From assembly GCA_037917685.1 (NCBI GenBank), contig JAVCBU010000003.1:128001-192000 (forward strand): a DNA stretch of 64,000 nucleotides, read 5' to 3'. This document shows, piece by piece, positions 8,558-17,829 of the stretch (positions are counted from its first letter, which is position 1; every line of letters starts with the position of its first letter). Origin of the DNA: Thermoproteota archaeon. GTDB lineage: Archaea; Korarchaeota; Korarchaeia; Korarchaeales; JAOZGB01. A program made the translations under genes and the position numbers. The notes beneath the pieces are model-generated. The model searched no databases. It saw only the letters and a list, made by a program, of their open reading frames with translations, and was not told the origin of the DNA.

Positions 8558-9673
8558 CTATACGTTTGGGGAGTTGATGTACACTGATATTTTTTCTGCG
8601 ATGCTCTTCCCTATAGATGGGATCTCTAATAGTCCTTTTAAGCCTTTTTCAGAGTATATTTCTTCTACAGGCTTGTCCAGATCGTCTAGCACCCATGCAG
8701 CTTTCCTGTAGGCCCATGCCCTACGCCTCTGTCCCTGGAGTTCAAGCTCGTACGCCTTAAGGTAAAAGTCTGCAGCTAATTTCCTGTTCAGTCTAAGCCT
8801 TTCGGGATATATTTTTTCAGGTCTCCTCAGCCTGTAGTCTACTCCGTGTTTTATGCATATCTCTTTAACCTTCCCTCCAATCTCAGCCTGGTAGCTGGGT
8901 GGAGGCTCATATCCGCCTGCGTAGAGTTCCATAGTCTTCCTGGCTGCATCGGGGTGCACCTTCCTAAGGACTGGCAGGTAAGCATTATACACGTTTCTGT
9001 CGAGGGTTAGGCATCCTGCAATCACGTATTTTCCTCCGGCACGCTTAACCTCCCTGACCACTTCCTCTATGTTTTCTTCATCATCATATACGTATGGGAG
9101 AATCGGTATCATGGCTACACCTACATTTATCCCCTCCTTTGAAAGCTGTCTTATGGCTTCAATCCTCTCCCATGGGCCTGGAGTATTGGGTTCGAACACT
9201 GTGAGGTCATCTCGTAGGGTTATGAGGCTGAACGAAACCGCAAGCCATGAGCTCCTCGAAATCTCTCTTAGAAGCTCTATGTCCTCGAGTAGCATGGTCG
9301 ACTTCTCGTTCATATGTAGCGGAAAACCTTTATCGAAGCAGACCTCAAGCATCCTTCTAAGTAGCCTATATTTCTTTTCGGCTGGCTGGTAGAAGCCTAA
9401 ACCCAGAATGTCAACCTCAACCTTGTCAAGCCCTTTCCTCAACAGTTCAGGTGCGTTAGTCTTAACCTTTATTATCCTCTTGAAATCTTCGGGGTTCTCG
9501 TATGGCGTGTACTTTTTCGACCTAAGGTAGCAGTAGTTGCAGCCATATTCGCATCCCATGTAGGGGTTGGCACTATACCTGTTCCAGAACCACCCTCCAT
9601 CGCAATGCTTATACACATTTAATATTCTTCTAGGCCTATACTCGACGTAGATGGTCACGCTACTCCTCTCCAA
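8558..9673 (-). CDS. Spore-photoproduct-lyase-like radical SAM protein with C-terminal PolX-type helix-hairpin-helix domain
   Basis: NPYMGCEYGCNYCY, FEPNTP; C-terminal AWAYRKAA...LLEIPSIGKSIAEKI. Confidence 0.85.
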   Translation of the reverse strand: MERSSVTIYVEYRPRRILNVYKHCDGGWFWNRYSANPYMGCEYGCNYCYLRSKKYTPYENPEDFKRIIKVKTNAPELLRKGLDKVEVDILGLGFYQPAEKKYRLLRRMLEVCFDKGFPLHMNEKSTMLLEDIELLREISRSSWLAVSFSLITLRDDLTVFEPNTPGPWERIEAIRQLSKEGINVGVAMIPILPYVYDDEENIEEVVREVKRAGGKYVIAGCLTLDRNVYNAYLPVLRKVHPDAARKTMELYAGGYEPPPSYQAEIGGKVKEICIKHGVDYRLRRPEKIYPERLRLNRKLAADFYLKAYELELQGQRRRAWAYRKAAWVLDDLDKPVEEIYSEKGLKGLLEIPSIGKSIAEKISVYINSPNV

Positions 9674-9754
9674 CCTCTCTTAAAGCCATTGCACTCTCTG
9701 TAAGCCATTGCACTGCTGGCCATGGCTTACAGGAGAGGGAGACTCTAACCTCCC

Positions 9755-10957
9755 CTATTTTTGTCCGAGGGATTCTTTCAGCTGCTGGGTTAGTAGTGGT
9801 ACTATCTGGAAAAGGTCTCCTACTATACCGAAGTCTGCAACGTCGAATATTGGTGCTTCAGGGTCTTTATTTATGGCTATGATTGTTTCGGATGTTTGCA
9901 TGCCTACGAGGTGCTGTATTGCTCCTGATATCCCTACTGCTATGTAAAGCTTTGGTGCTACAGTTTTCCCTGTCTGGCCTACCTGCTGGTGGTGTGGAAG
10001 CCATCCAAGATCCACTATCGCCCTTGAACCTCCGACAGCGGCGTGTAGGACGTCTGCGAGTTCTCTTATGATGCTTAGGTTCTCCTTGGATCCTATCCCC
10101 CTCCCTGCTGAGACTATTATGTCAGCCTCCTCTATGTTGGCTGCTGACTCTTGCACCTCTCTGACCACCTCTACTATTCTCGTTCTTATACTGTCGGGGG
10201 CTAGCTTAACTGGGTGGTCTATTATCTCGGCGGTTCGGCCGGGCTCTGGCATGGGCATCTTCATTACTCTTGGCCTTACAGTGGCCATCTGAGGCCTTGT
10301 CCGTGGGCAGAGTATCGTTGCCATGACATTCCCGCCGAAAGCCGGCCTGATCTGGACTAGCTGTCCCGCCTCGTTTACGTCTAGGCCTGTGCAGTCGGCT
10401 GTAAGCCCTGTTTTAAGCCTTGCCGCAACTCTTGGGGCTAGATCCCTACCGTTCATTGTTGCACCCAGCAACACTATTGAGGGTTTATAGTTGGATATCA
10501 TGTCGTAGAGTACCGCTGCATACCCATCTGTAGTGTACTTTTCGAGAAGTTTGTGGTCTGCTACTAAAATCTTGTCTGCACCGTACTCTGCAAGCGTGTC
10601 AGCAAGGTCTCTAACCTTGTACCCTAATAGTACGGCGTAAAGCTCCTCCCCTAGCTTTTCTGCAAGCCTCCTGCCGGCACCTAGCAGCTCGAGTGTAACA
10701 TTCCTTATTTTCCCATCCATTTGTTCAGCTACAACCCAAACCCCTTTATACTGTGATAGGTCAACTGGTCTGAGCTCACCACGGCTTATGCTGATAGCTC
10801 CGACCGGGCAGGCCTTGACGCATGACCCGCAGAGAGTGCATTCGGGGCCTATATTGGCCTTCCCGTCTACAATGCTTACGGCGCCGAACGGGCATACTCT
10901 AACGCACAATCCGCATCCGGTACACTTCTCAGCGTCAACGCTGATTAGGCTGCTCAT
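9755..10957 (-). CDS. etfA: Electron transfer flavoprotein alpha subunit with N-terminal 2x[4Fe-4S] ferredoxin
   Basis: CTGCGLCVRVCP and CTLCGSCVKACP; GLTADCT, RPAFGGN, QVGQTGKTV, GISGAIQHLVGM. Confidence 0.95.
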   Translation of the reverse strand: MSSLISVDAEKCTGCGLCVRVCPFGAVSIVDGKANIGPECTLCGSCVKACPVGAISISRGELRPVDLSQYKGVWVVAEQMDGKIRNVTLELLGAGRRLAEKLGEELYAVLLGYKVRDLADTLAEYGADKILVADHKLLEKYTTDGYAAVLYDMISNYKPSIVLLGATMNGRDLAPRVAARLKTGLTADCTGLDVNEAGQLVQIRPAFGGNVMATILCPRTRPQMATVRPRVMKMPMPEPGRTAEIIDHPVKLAPDSIRTRIVEVVREVQESAANIEEADIIVSAGRGIGSKENLSIIRELADVLHAAVGGSRAIVDLGWLPHHQQVGQTGKTVAPKLYIAVGISGAIQHLVGMQTSETIIAINKDPEAPIFDVADFGIVGDLFQIVPLLTQQLKESLGQK

Positions 10958-11751
10958 CCAACCACCCCCTTGCTCAGTATGAACTCAGCGAGTTTCCTGG
11001 CTACCGTCTCGGGGTCTTCATCCTTAATGATTATCCCCTGCCTCTTCTTCTCAGGTGTGAAAACGTCTATCACCCAGGTGGGGGATCCTCGGAGGCCATA
11101 GGATTCCTCACTTCCTCCGACGTCCTTGAAGGTTACAAGCTTTATTTCCTTCTTCCTTGCAGCCATTATACCCATTAGTGATGGTATCCTCGGTTCGTTT
11201 AGCCCTTTGATCGCTGTTATCAGGACTGGGAGTTCCGCCTCTACGACCTCGTAGCCGGTATCTGTCTCCCTATGAACCACTATTCTCCTTTCTTTAGGGT
11301 AGACCATGACTTTCTTTGCATAGGTTATCTGGGGTATTCCCAGGTGCTCTGCAAGCTCAGGGCCAACCTGGGCTGTGTCACCGTCAGTTGCCTGCTTCCC
11401 ACATATAATTAGGTCATAGTCGAGCTTGGATATAACCTTGGCGAGGGTATAAGAGGTGACATAGGTGTCTGCCCCCGCGAAAACTCTATCTGAAATGTGT
11501 ATTGCACGGTCTGCCCCCATTGCAAGGCACTTTAGAAGGGCTTCCCTAGCCTGTGGCGGCCCCATTGTTACAACGATCACCTCCCCGCCGTGTTTCTCCT
11601 TTATTCTTATAGCCTCCTCAACAGCTATTTCATCGAATGGGTTTACAATGTTCGGTATCCCCTCTCTTATAAGCGTGTGAGTTTCAGGGTCTATCTTAAC
11701 CTCTGTGGTCTCCGGTACCTGTTTAATGCATACAACAATCTTTAGGCTCAA
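10954..11751 (-). CDS. etfB: Electron transfer flavoprotein beta subunit
   Basis: VCIKQVPET, NPFD, FAGADT, GKQATDGDTAQVGP. Confidence 0.95.
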   Translation of the reverse strand: MSLKIVVCIKQVPETTEVKIDPETHTLIREGIPNIVNPFDEIAVEEAIRIKEKHGGEVIVVTMGPPQAREALLKCLAMGADRAIHISDRVFAGADTYVTSYTLAKVISKLDYDLIICGKQATDGDTAQVGPELAEHLGIPQITYAKKVMVYPKERRIVVHRETDTGYEVVEAELPVLITAIKGLNEPRIPSLMGIMAARKKEIKLVTFKDVGGSEESYGLRGSPTWVIDVFTPEKKRQGIIIKDEDPETVARKLAEFILSKGVVG

Positions 11752-11837
11752 CCGGTATTCACCCTCTGTGCAGACACTATGTATGTGATGCTGTGGAAAA
11801 TTACAAATATTTAACTTTTCATTTCCGGAATAGACTG

Positions 11838-12833
11838 ATGCAGGAATGGTACTACTTGCCAGAGGATAAGCTTCCCGTCTTGTTTGATGTGCTTAGGGGA
11901 AAATATACTGTGGTTGCACCGATTAAAAATGGTGATAAGTATCTTTATTCGGTTGTCGACGACTTTCATAGTGTTTCGATGGACTATGTGAGGACTGTGT
12001 CGCCTCTTAAGAAATTTCTATTTCCCGACGGGGAGATACTTTACAGCTACAGGATTAGAGAGGAAAAGGTAGAGCTGAAGTATTCCCCTCCGTCAGAGAA
12101 ATACTGTTTCTTCGGGGTTCACCCATGCGACTCCAATGGTTTAGTAGTGCTTGACACCATATTGTCCTCCGTCCATCCAGATTTTCACTATACAAAGAGG
12201 AGGAAGAACTCTTTCCTCGTTGTGTTAGACTGTAGAACGTCAGACGAATACTGCTTCTGCGAAACGGTAGACTCTAGGTTTCCATGGCCGGAAAGCTATG
12301 ATATTCGCCTACACCCGGTCGAGGGTGGCTTTAAACTTCAACCTTACGGGGAGGAAGCCGCTAGACTTACACGTATGCTAGGGCTTGAGAAAACAGCGCC
12401 TCCCTCGGCTGCTGTGAAGATAAATAAGGTTAAGGCTGATCTTCCAACGCCTGAAAAAATTCTTGGAGCATACGAGAGCGATATCTGGAATGAATGGGCT
12501 AAAAAATGCCTCTTCTGCGGGTCCTGTATAGCCGTCTGCCCGACTTGCGCGTGCTTTGACATTAAGGACAAGACAGATGGTAGATTAACCTTTGGCTGTA
12601 GGGTTAGGGTCTACGACGGCTGTGTCTTTAAGGGTTTCACGAAGGTTGCGGGAGGCCGTGTGGATAGGGAATCTGAGGACGAACGGTTTAAGAACAGGTT
12701 TTACCACAAGTTCGTTGAGATTCCTTCTCTTAAAGGGAGGATGGGATGTACTGGATGCGGTAGATGTGCAGCTTTCTGCCCTAGGGGCATAAATCCGGTA
12801 GAAGTCTTAACATCCTTAAAAGGTGAACTGTAA
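11838..12833 (+). CDS. hydB: Group 3b (sulfhydrogenase) beta subunit, Fe-S
   Basis: GVHPCD, CFC, CLFCGSCIAVCPTCAC, CTGCGRCAAFCP. Confidence 0.9.
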   Translation: MQEWYYLPEDKLPVLFDVLRGKYTVVAPIKNGDKYLYSVVDDFHSVSMDYVRTVSPLKKFLFPDGEILYSYRIREEKVELKYSPPSEKYCFFGVHPCDSNGLVVLDTILSSVHPDFHYTKRRKNSFLVVLDCRTSDEYCFCETVDSRFPWPESYDIRLHPVEGGFKLQPYGEEAARLTRMLGLEKTAPPSAAVKINKVKADLPTPEKILGAYESDIWNEWAKKCLFCGSCIAVCPTCACFDIKDKTDGRLTFGCRVRVYDGCVFKGFTKVAGGRVDRESEDERFKNRFYHKFVEIPSLKGRMGCTGCGRCAAFCPRGINPVEVLTSLKGEL

Positions 12834-13645
12834 TGCTGGAAGCCCCCCTGCTAGTCCCGAGACTTGGTGAGATTACTAAAATAGTGGAAGAGTCGTACGA
12901 TACTAAAACCTTCAGGATTAAGCCTGCAGACTGGGAAGTAGAGTTTAATCCTGGGCAGTTTGCGGAAATAACAGTTTTCGGAGTTGGAGAAGCACCATTT
13001 GCGCTATCCTCAGATCCCGATGTCAAAGAATACTTTGAGGTCTCGGTGAGAGCCGTGGGAAGCGTGACCAACATGCTCCACAAGCTCAAGACAGGAAGCC
13101 TAGTTGGATTTAGAGCCCCGCTAGGTGTTGGCTGGCCGCTGGAGGAACTTGAAGGGCAAAGCATAACGATGGTCGTTGGTGGCACAGGCATATTCGCGGT
13201 TTCCAGTCTGATATGGCACATATACCATCAAAGGGGTAGATTTGGCGATGTAAAAATACTCTACGGCGCTAGAAGCCCGGATCTGCTCTTAAAGAAGAAA
13301 GAATTTGAATTCTGGTTGCAGAAAATTGAGGTTCACCTTACAGTTGACAAACCCTCTGAGGGGTGGACTGGAAACGTTGGTGTAGTAACAAATCTAATCG
13401 ATAAAATTAAACCGAACCCTGAAAGTTACTTCCTGGTTGTTGGGCCACCAATAATGATGAAATTCACACTCCTAAAACTCGACGAGATAGGAGCTAAACC
13501 CGACAGAGTCTACGTCTCACTTGAACGGAACATGAAGTGCGGGCTAGGCCTATGCGGGAGGTGTAGACTCTCAAATGGGCTCTACGTATGTAAAGACGGC
13601 CCAATCTTCAGATCAGATAAGATATGGAGGTGCGATCTAGAATGA
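12833..13645 (+). CDS. hydG: Group 3b hydrogenase gamma subunit (FAD/NAD(P), 2Fe-2S)
   Basis: PGQF, GVGEAPF, VGPPIMM, SLERNMKCGLGLCGRC, VCKDGP. Confidence 0.9.
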   Translation: MLEAPLLVPRLGEITKIVEESYDTKTFRIKPADWEVEFNPGQFAEITVFGVGEAPFALSSDPDVKEYFEVSVRAVGSVTNMLHKLKTGSLVGFRAPLGVGWPLEELEGQSITMVVGGTGIFAVSSLIWHIYHQRGRFGDVKILYGARSPDLLLKKKEFEFWLQKIEVHLTVDKPSEGWTGNVGVVTNLIDKIKPNPESYFLVVGPPIMMKFTLLKLDEIGAKPDRVYVSLERNMKCGLGLCGRCRLSNGLYVCKDGPIFRSDKIWRCDLE

Positions 13646-14403
13646 TAGATGAACATCCTCACCTGGTTCCAAAGAAGGTTAAGATTGCACTCTACACCCT
13701 AACATGTTGTGAGGGATGCGCGCTAAACACCGCAATAGCGCTGGCATGCCTATCATCACCCTATATTAAAGTAGAGACATTTAGACTGGTAGATGGGGGC
13801 GAACCAGCAGAGGCAGATATTGCACTTGTTGAAGGCGCTGTCGTAACACTGATGGATAAAGAACTACTGAGGCAAGCTGAGAGTATGAGTAAGGTGATGG
13901 TAGCTCTAGGGTCATGTAGTCATAATGCTGGTCTTCTAGCCTTAAAGAACATGTTTGACCATGAAAAAGCCTTCGAGACAGTTTACGGAGAAACAAGGCC
14001 AGCTATCCCCCACCTTTCAAAGGCGTCCTCTATAACAAGCATGGCAAGGGTTGACTACACTATTCCAGGATGTCCGCCCTCCACCGAGGAAATCGTGAAC
14101 TATTTAACCGCAGTAATAGTTGGAAAGAGGCTAGAAGAGTACGAAAAACCGGTGTGCTGGGAGTGCAGGCTTAAAGACTCCGATTGCCTGTTGAAAAACG
14201 GTATACTATGCCTCGGCCCCATAGTTAAGGGTGGGTGTAATGCAAGGTGCCCAGAATACGGGAAGCCCTGCCTTGGATGTCGGGGCCTAGTAAAAGATGC
14301 AAAGATGGAGGAATTCATAGAATCCCTTAGAGAAAACAACATCCCCCTGGAGAAGCTCAAAGAAGCTACTAAGCTATACCTGAGTGCGGAGGTGAGCTTG
14401 TAA
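13642..14403 (+). CDS. hydD: Group 3b hydrogenase small (delta) subunit
   Basis: TCCEGC, VEGAV, ALGSC, IPGCPP, VCWEC, CLGP, GCNARCP, CLGCRG. Confidence 0.9.
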   Translation: MIDEHPHLVPKKVKIALYTLTCCEGCALNTAIALACLSSPYIKVETFRLVDGGEPAEADIALVEGAVVTLMDKELLRQAESMSKVMVALGSCSHNAGLLALKNMFDHEKAFETVYGETRPAIPHLSKASSITSMARVDYTIPGCPPSTEEIVNYLTAVIVGKRLEEYEKPVCWECRLKDSDCLLKNGILCLGPIVKGGCNARCPEYGKPCLGCRGLVKDAKMEEFIESLRENNIPLEKLKEATKLYLSAEVSL

Positions 14404-15641
14404 TGATCCCAGTTGAAGGCCTTGACAGGATTGAAGGCCACGCTCACATCAAGATTTTAGAAAACCCCGAAACCGGGGTGGAAGAGTGCAGAATAATAGT
14501 AGACGAGGGGATAAGATTTTTCGAAGCGTTTCTAACCGAAGTACCGTTGAAAGAGGCTCCAGCAATAGCTTCAAGGATATGTGGGCTGTGCAGTGCATCA
14601 TACTCTATCTGCCTATCCAAGGCAATAGAGAATGCCCTGGGCTACAATGTAGACTATGAAACCGAAAGCTACAGAGAAGCTGTACAGGTGATAAGCACGG
14701 CTAGAAGTCACATAGCCCACGTCTTCCTATTATGGCTTCCCGACATCCTCGGGGTGAAAGGCGCATTCGACATAGCTGAAATATCTCCTGAGGCCTTCAA
14801 GGCTGCGGCCAATCTCATAGTAGAGATGACCAAGGCACATGAGCGCCTTACCGGCGGAGAAATACACCCTGTCAACATGACGTTAGGTGGGTTCACAAAG
14901 CTTCCAAGAGAAAACGTTGACAAAGCAGCAAAAAACCTGGAGAACAGCGTTAAACAAGCAGAAATCCTGTTTGAAAAACTTCTAAACCTTGTAGACAAGA
15001 TCCCCAACCTTGAAGTTCAACTCCCATATGTATCCATAGGGAACGAGGAAAACTACTCCCTAATAAATGGCCCCATAAAAATAGACGGTGTAAAAGCAGG
15101 AAAACCACCCAGAGAACTAATAGTAGAACATGCAGTATCATACTCGACAGCCAAAAGATGCACCATCAACGGCAAAGCCTACATGGTTGGGGCACTCTCA
15201 AGGCTAAACAATAATCCAAACTCCATCTCGCCAGAGGCAAAGAGCCATGCGGAAAAGCTAGGCATAAAAGATGGGGATAGAAACCCATTTAAAATACCTC
15301 TAGCCCAAACCGTAGAAACAGTATATATTCTGCAACATGCCATGACAATAATAGAGAAGGTGAAACCGCCAAAGCAGCTTGTAGAACCAGAGCCGAAGGC
15401 TGGAGAGGGAGATGCAACCATAGAGGCGCCTAGGGGAATCCTACACATAAACCTCTCAATTGCTGAGAATGGAAGGATAAAAGAGATAAACATAATACCC
15501 CCTACAACCCAAAACCTTCTACACATGGAATATTCAGCTACAAAATTCCTGGCAGAACATCCCGACATGCCTCAGAGGAGGAAAATGGTTGAAGTACTCG
15601 TGAGAAGTTACGACCCTTGCATCTCATGCTCTGTACAGTAA
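14403..15641 (+). CDS. hydA: Group 3b [NiFe]-hydrogenase large (alpha) subunit
   Basis: RIEGH, RFFE, L1 RICGLC, EAPRG, L2 DPCISC. Confidence 0.9.
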   Translation: MIPVEGLDRIEGHAHIKILENPETGVEECRIIVDEGIRFFEAFLTEVPLKEAPAIASRICGLCSASYSICLSKAIENALGYNVDYETESYREAVQVISTARSHIAHVFLLWLPDILGVKGAFDIAEISPEAFKAAANLIVEMTKAHERLTGGEIHPVNMTLGGFTKLPRENVDKAAKNLENSVKQAEILFEKLLNLVDKIPNLEVQLPYVSIGNEENYSLINGPIKIDGVKAGKPPRELIVEHAVSYSTAKRCTINGKAYMVGALSRLNNNPNSISPEAKSHAEKLGIKDGDRNPFKIPLAQTVETVYILQHAMTIIEKVKPPKQLVEPEPKAGEGDATIEAPRGILHINLSIAENGRIKEINIIPPTTQNLLHMEYSATKFLAEHPDMPQRRKMVEVLVRSYDPCISCSVQ

Positions 15642-15770
15642 GAAAGCCCTCAAGTCAGCAACCTTTAAATTTTTGACTGCGGGTCTCCAACAAGTACAGC
15701 CTAAACGGGTCTTTCATAAGTATTTGTAGGATCATGCTTCGCCTATTAGAGGTTCCAAGCATAACGCTAA

Positions 15771-15780
15771 GTTTAAATTA
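15771..15780 (+). promoter_or_regulatory. TATA box of the 5S rRNA gene
   Basis: TTTAAATT about 25-30 nt upstream of the 5S 5' end. Confidence 0.6.
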
Positions 15781-15802
15781 ACCCGTAGACTATTAATGAC
15801 AC

Positions 15803-15932
15803 GGAGGCTAGGCGGCCATAGCAGCCGGGGATACGCCCGTACCCATTCCGAACACGGAAGCTAAGCCCGGCTGCGTTCCACGGAGTACTGCGGTCCGCAA
15901 GGACGCGGGAAACGTGGAAGCCGCTAACCTCC
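15803..15932 (+). rRNA. rrf: 5S rRNA, stand-alone
   Basis: GGCGGCCATAGC, CCCGTACCCATTCCGAACACGGAAGCTAAG, AGTACTG...GGGAAA; ends pair (GGAGGCTAG / CTAACCTCC). Confidence 0.97.
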
Positions 15933-15986
15933 ACTCTTTTAGTTTGTCTTCTTGACCTTACTCTTTTAGTTTGTCTTCTTGGCCTT
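15933..15986 (+). terminator. Tandemly duplicated T-rich terminator (2 x 27 bp)
   Basis: ACTCTTTTAGTTTGTCTTCTTG(A/G)CCTT at 15933-15959 and 15960-15986, directly after the 5S gene. Confidence 0.7.
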
Positions 15987-16107
15987 AATCATGTCTTTAA
16001 ATCCATTTGATGGTGACGTCATAGTAGCTGGTACAGCCGAACAATATCTACATGCAGAGATGGGCGCCAGAAAGGCTGTTCTAACACTTCTAGGTGTTCA
16101 AGAATAA
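15985..16107 (+). pseudogene. 3' remnant of a DUF4443 paralogue
   Basis: LIMSLNPFDGDVIVAGTAEQYLHAEMGARKAVLTLLGVQE-stop versus LIMSLKPVEGDAIVAGTAFDHWLAELGARRAVLTLLKIVG in 4678..5316. Confidence 0.85.
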
Positions 16108-16177
16108 ATAGGCGTATTGCTAAATTCTTAAATTAACATGCAACCCTTACTTATGTAAACCCTGAGTAGGTGAAGCC

Positions 16178-16519
16178 ATGGCTAAAGTGGAGTTCGTGGA
16201 GCTTGAATCCTTGGGAGACCTTGGAAGACTAGTTTCAACGGCTAGGATTGATGAAAGTATACCCCAGCTCTACTGTTTTGAACATGAGGGAGAGAGGTAT
16301 GTAGGCTTCTTATACTTTAGCCCTTCATTTGCAGAAAACGGGTCGTTACCTATCTTCTTCTACATAAAGTCTGCAGAAGTGATGGGAAAGAAATTCCTGT
16401 ACTATAAAGTTGAGGAGAAAGGTGAAAGCGTAGGTTTCTCGGTGGGAAAGGTTATGGGAGCCCTCATATATCCTATAATCTTTTTCAAGAAGCCCCCAGA
16501 CTGGTTAAGGCCGAAGTAA
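16178..16519 (+). CDS. Hypothetical protein (resembles a small conserved crenarchaeal protein)
   Basis: GGTGA RBS, 113-aa ORF, 1 nt from the next gene. Confidence 0.6.
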   Translation: MAKVEFVELESLGDLGRLVSTARIDESIPQLYCFEHEGERYVGFLYFSPSFAENGSLPIFFYIKSAEVMGKKFLYYKVEEKGESVGFSVGKVMGALIYPIIFFKKPPDWLRPK

Positions 16520-16520
16520 G

Positions 16521-17795
16521 ATGCTTATATTTGCAGATCTGCATGTCCACTCCAAATACAGCCGTGGTACAAGCGGAAAGATGGATCTTGAACATATATC
16601 TGAGAATGCGAAGATTAAAGGCTTAAATCTTGTGGGGACAGGGGACTTTACTCACCCAGGCTGGCTTAGAGAGCTGAAGGAAAGGTTAGAGCCTGCAGGG
16701 AGGGGGCTCTACAGGTATAATGGTATACTATTCATGTTAACCGTTGAGGTTTCAACGATCTACGAGTATGCTGGGAAAACTCGAAAAATACATCACGTAA
16801 TCCTAGCTCCAGACTTTGAGACCGTTGAACAACTAAATGATATATTTAGAAACTGGGGGAGCCTCGAGTCCGACGGGAGGCCTGTCTTCAATAGTGTAAC
16901 GTCGCCGGAGCTTGTTGAAGCAGTCTCCCAAGTATCCAGTATGGTTGAGGTTATACCGGCGCATGCGTGGACCCCCTGGTTCTCACTATTCGGCTCCAGG
17001 TCAGGTTTCAACTCTTTAAATGAATGCTACCAGGACATGGCTAGCAGAATACACGCCCTAGAAACCGGGCTTTCCTCTGATCCACCTATGAACTGGCGCG
17101 TATCAGAATTGGATAGGATAACTCTTCTAAGTAATTCTGACGCCCACAGCCCATGGCCTTTCAGACTCGGCAGGGAACTTAACGTTTTCAGCCTTGAAAA
17201 CCCATCATATGACGAGATAATTGAGGCAATCAGGTCTGGAGACCCGGCAAGGCTTCTCTACACGATAGAGGTTGATCCTAGCTATGGAAAATACCATTTT
17301 GACGGACATAGAAACTGTGGCGTATCACTTCATCCGAGACAGGCCATGGCAAGAGGTAACATTTGCCCCGTTTGCGGCAAACCCTTAACGATAGGTGTGC
17401 TTCACAGGGTTGAAGAACTTGCGGATAGACCAGAGGGATACGTTAGAAAGGACGCGATACCATATAAAAGCCTAATTCCTCTTCAAGAACTAATTGCCCT
17501 ATTAGTAGGCTCCACTCCGACATCTGTCAGGGTTGGAAAAATGTATATGAGGCTAATAGAAAGATTTGGAAGCGAGCTGAACATAGTTTTAAACGTTGAA
17601 ATCTCTGAAATCGCAAAGTTCGACCCTAAACTTGCAAGGATAATATTAGACATGCGTATCGGAAAGCTGAGGATAATTCCAGGCTACGATGGGGTGTATG
17701 GAAAGCTTATCCTTGAGGATGACGGGGAATATAAGGAGATTGAGAGAGACAAGTTAAGATATAATAGGCAGTCTACACTCTCCGATTACATCTAA
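16521..17795 (+). CDS. Endonuclease Q family (PHP domain plus Zn finger)
   Basis: ADLHVHSKYS, GTGDFTHP, PAHAWTPWFS, ETGLSSDP, NSDAHS, GKYHFDGHRNC, CPVCG, PGYDGVYG. Confidence 0.9.
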   Translation: MLIFADLHVHSKYSRGTSGKMDLEHISENAKIKGLNLVGTGDFTHPGWLRELKERLEPAGRGLYRYNGILFMLTVEVSTIYEYAGKTRKIHHVILAPDFETVEQLNDIFRNWGSLESDGRPVFNSVTSPELVEAVSQVSSMVEVIPAHAWTPWFSLFGSRSGFNSLNECYQDMASRIHALETGLSSDPPMNWRVSELDRITLLSNSDAHSPWPFRLGRELNVFSLENPSYDEIIEAIRSGDPARLLYTIEVDPSYGKYHFDGHRNCGVSLHPRQAMARGNICPVCGKPLTIGVLHRVEELADRPEGYVRKDAIPYKSLIPLQELIALLVGSTPTSVRVGKMYMRLIERFGSELNIVLNVEISEIAKFDPKLARIILDMRIGKLRIIPGYDGVYGKLILEDDGEYKEIERDKLRYNRQSTLSDYI

Positions 17796-17829
17796 TAACC
17801 TTTTAAGAATCTGAGGGTTTCAATCCCTG

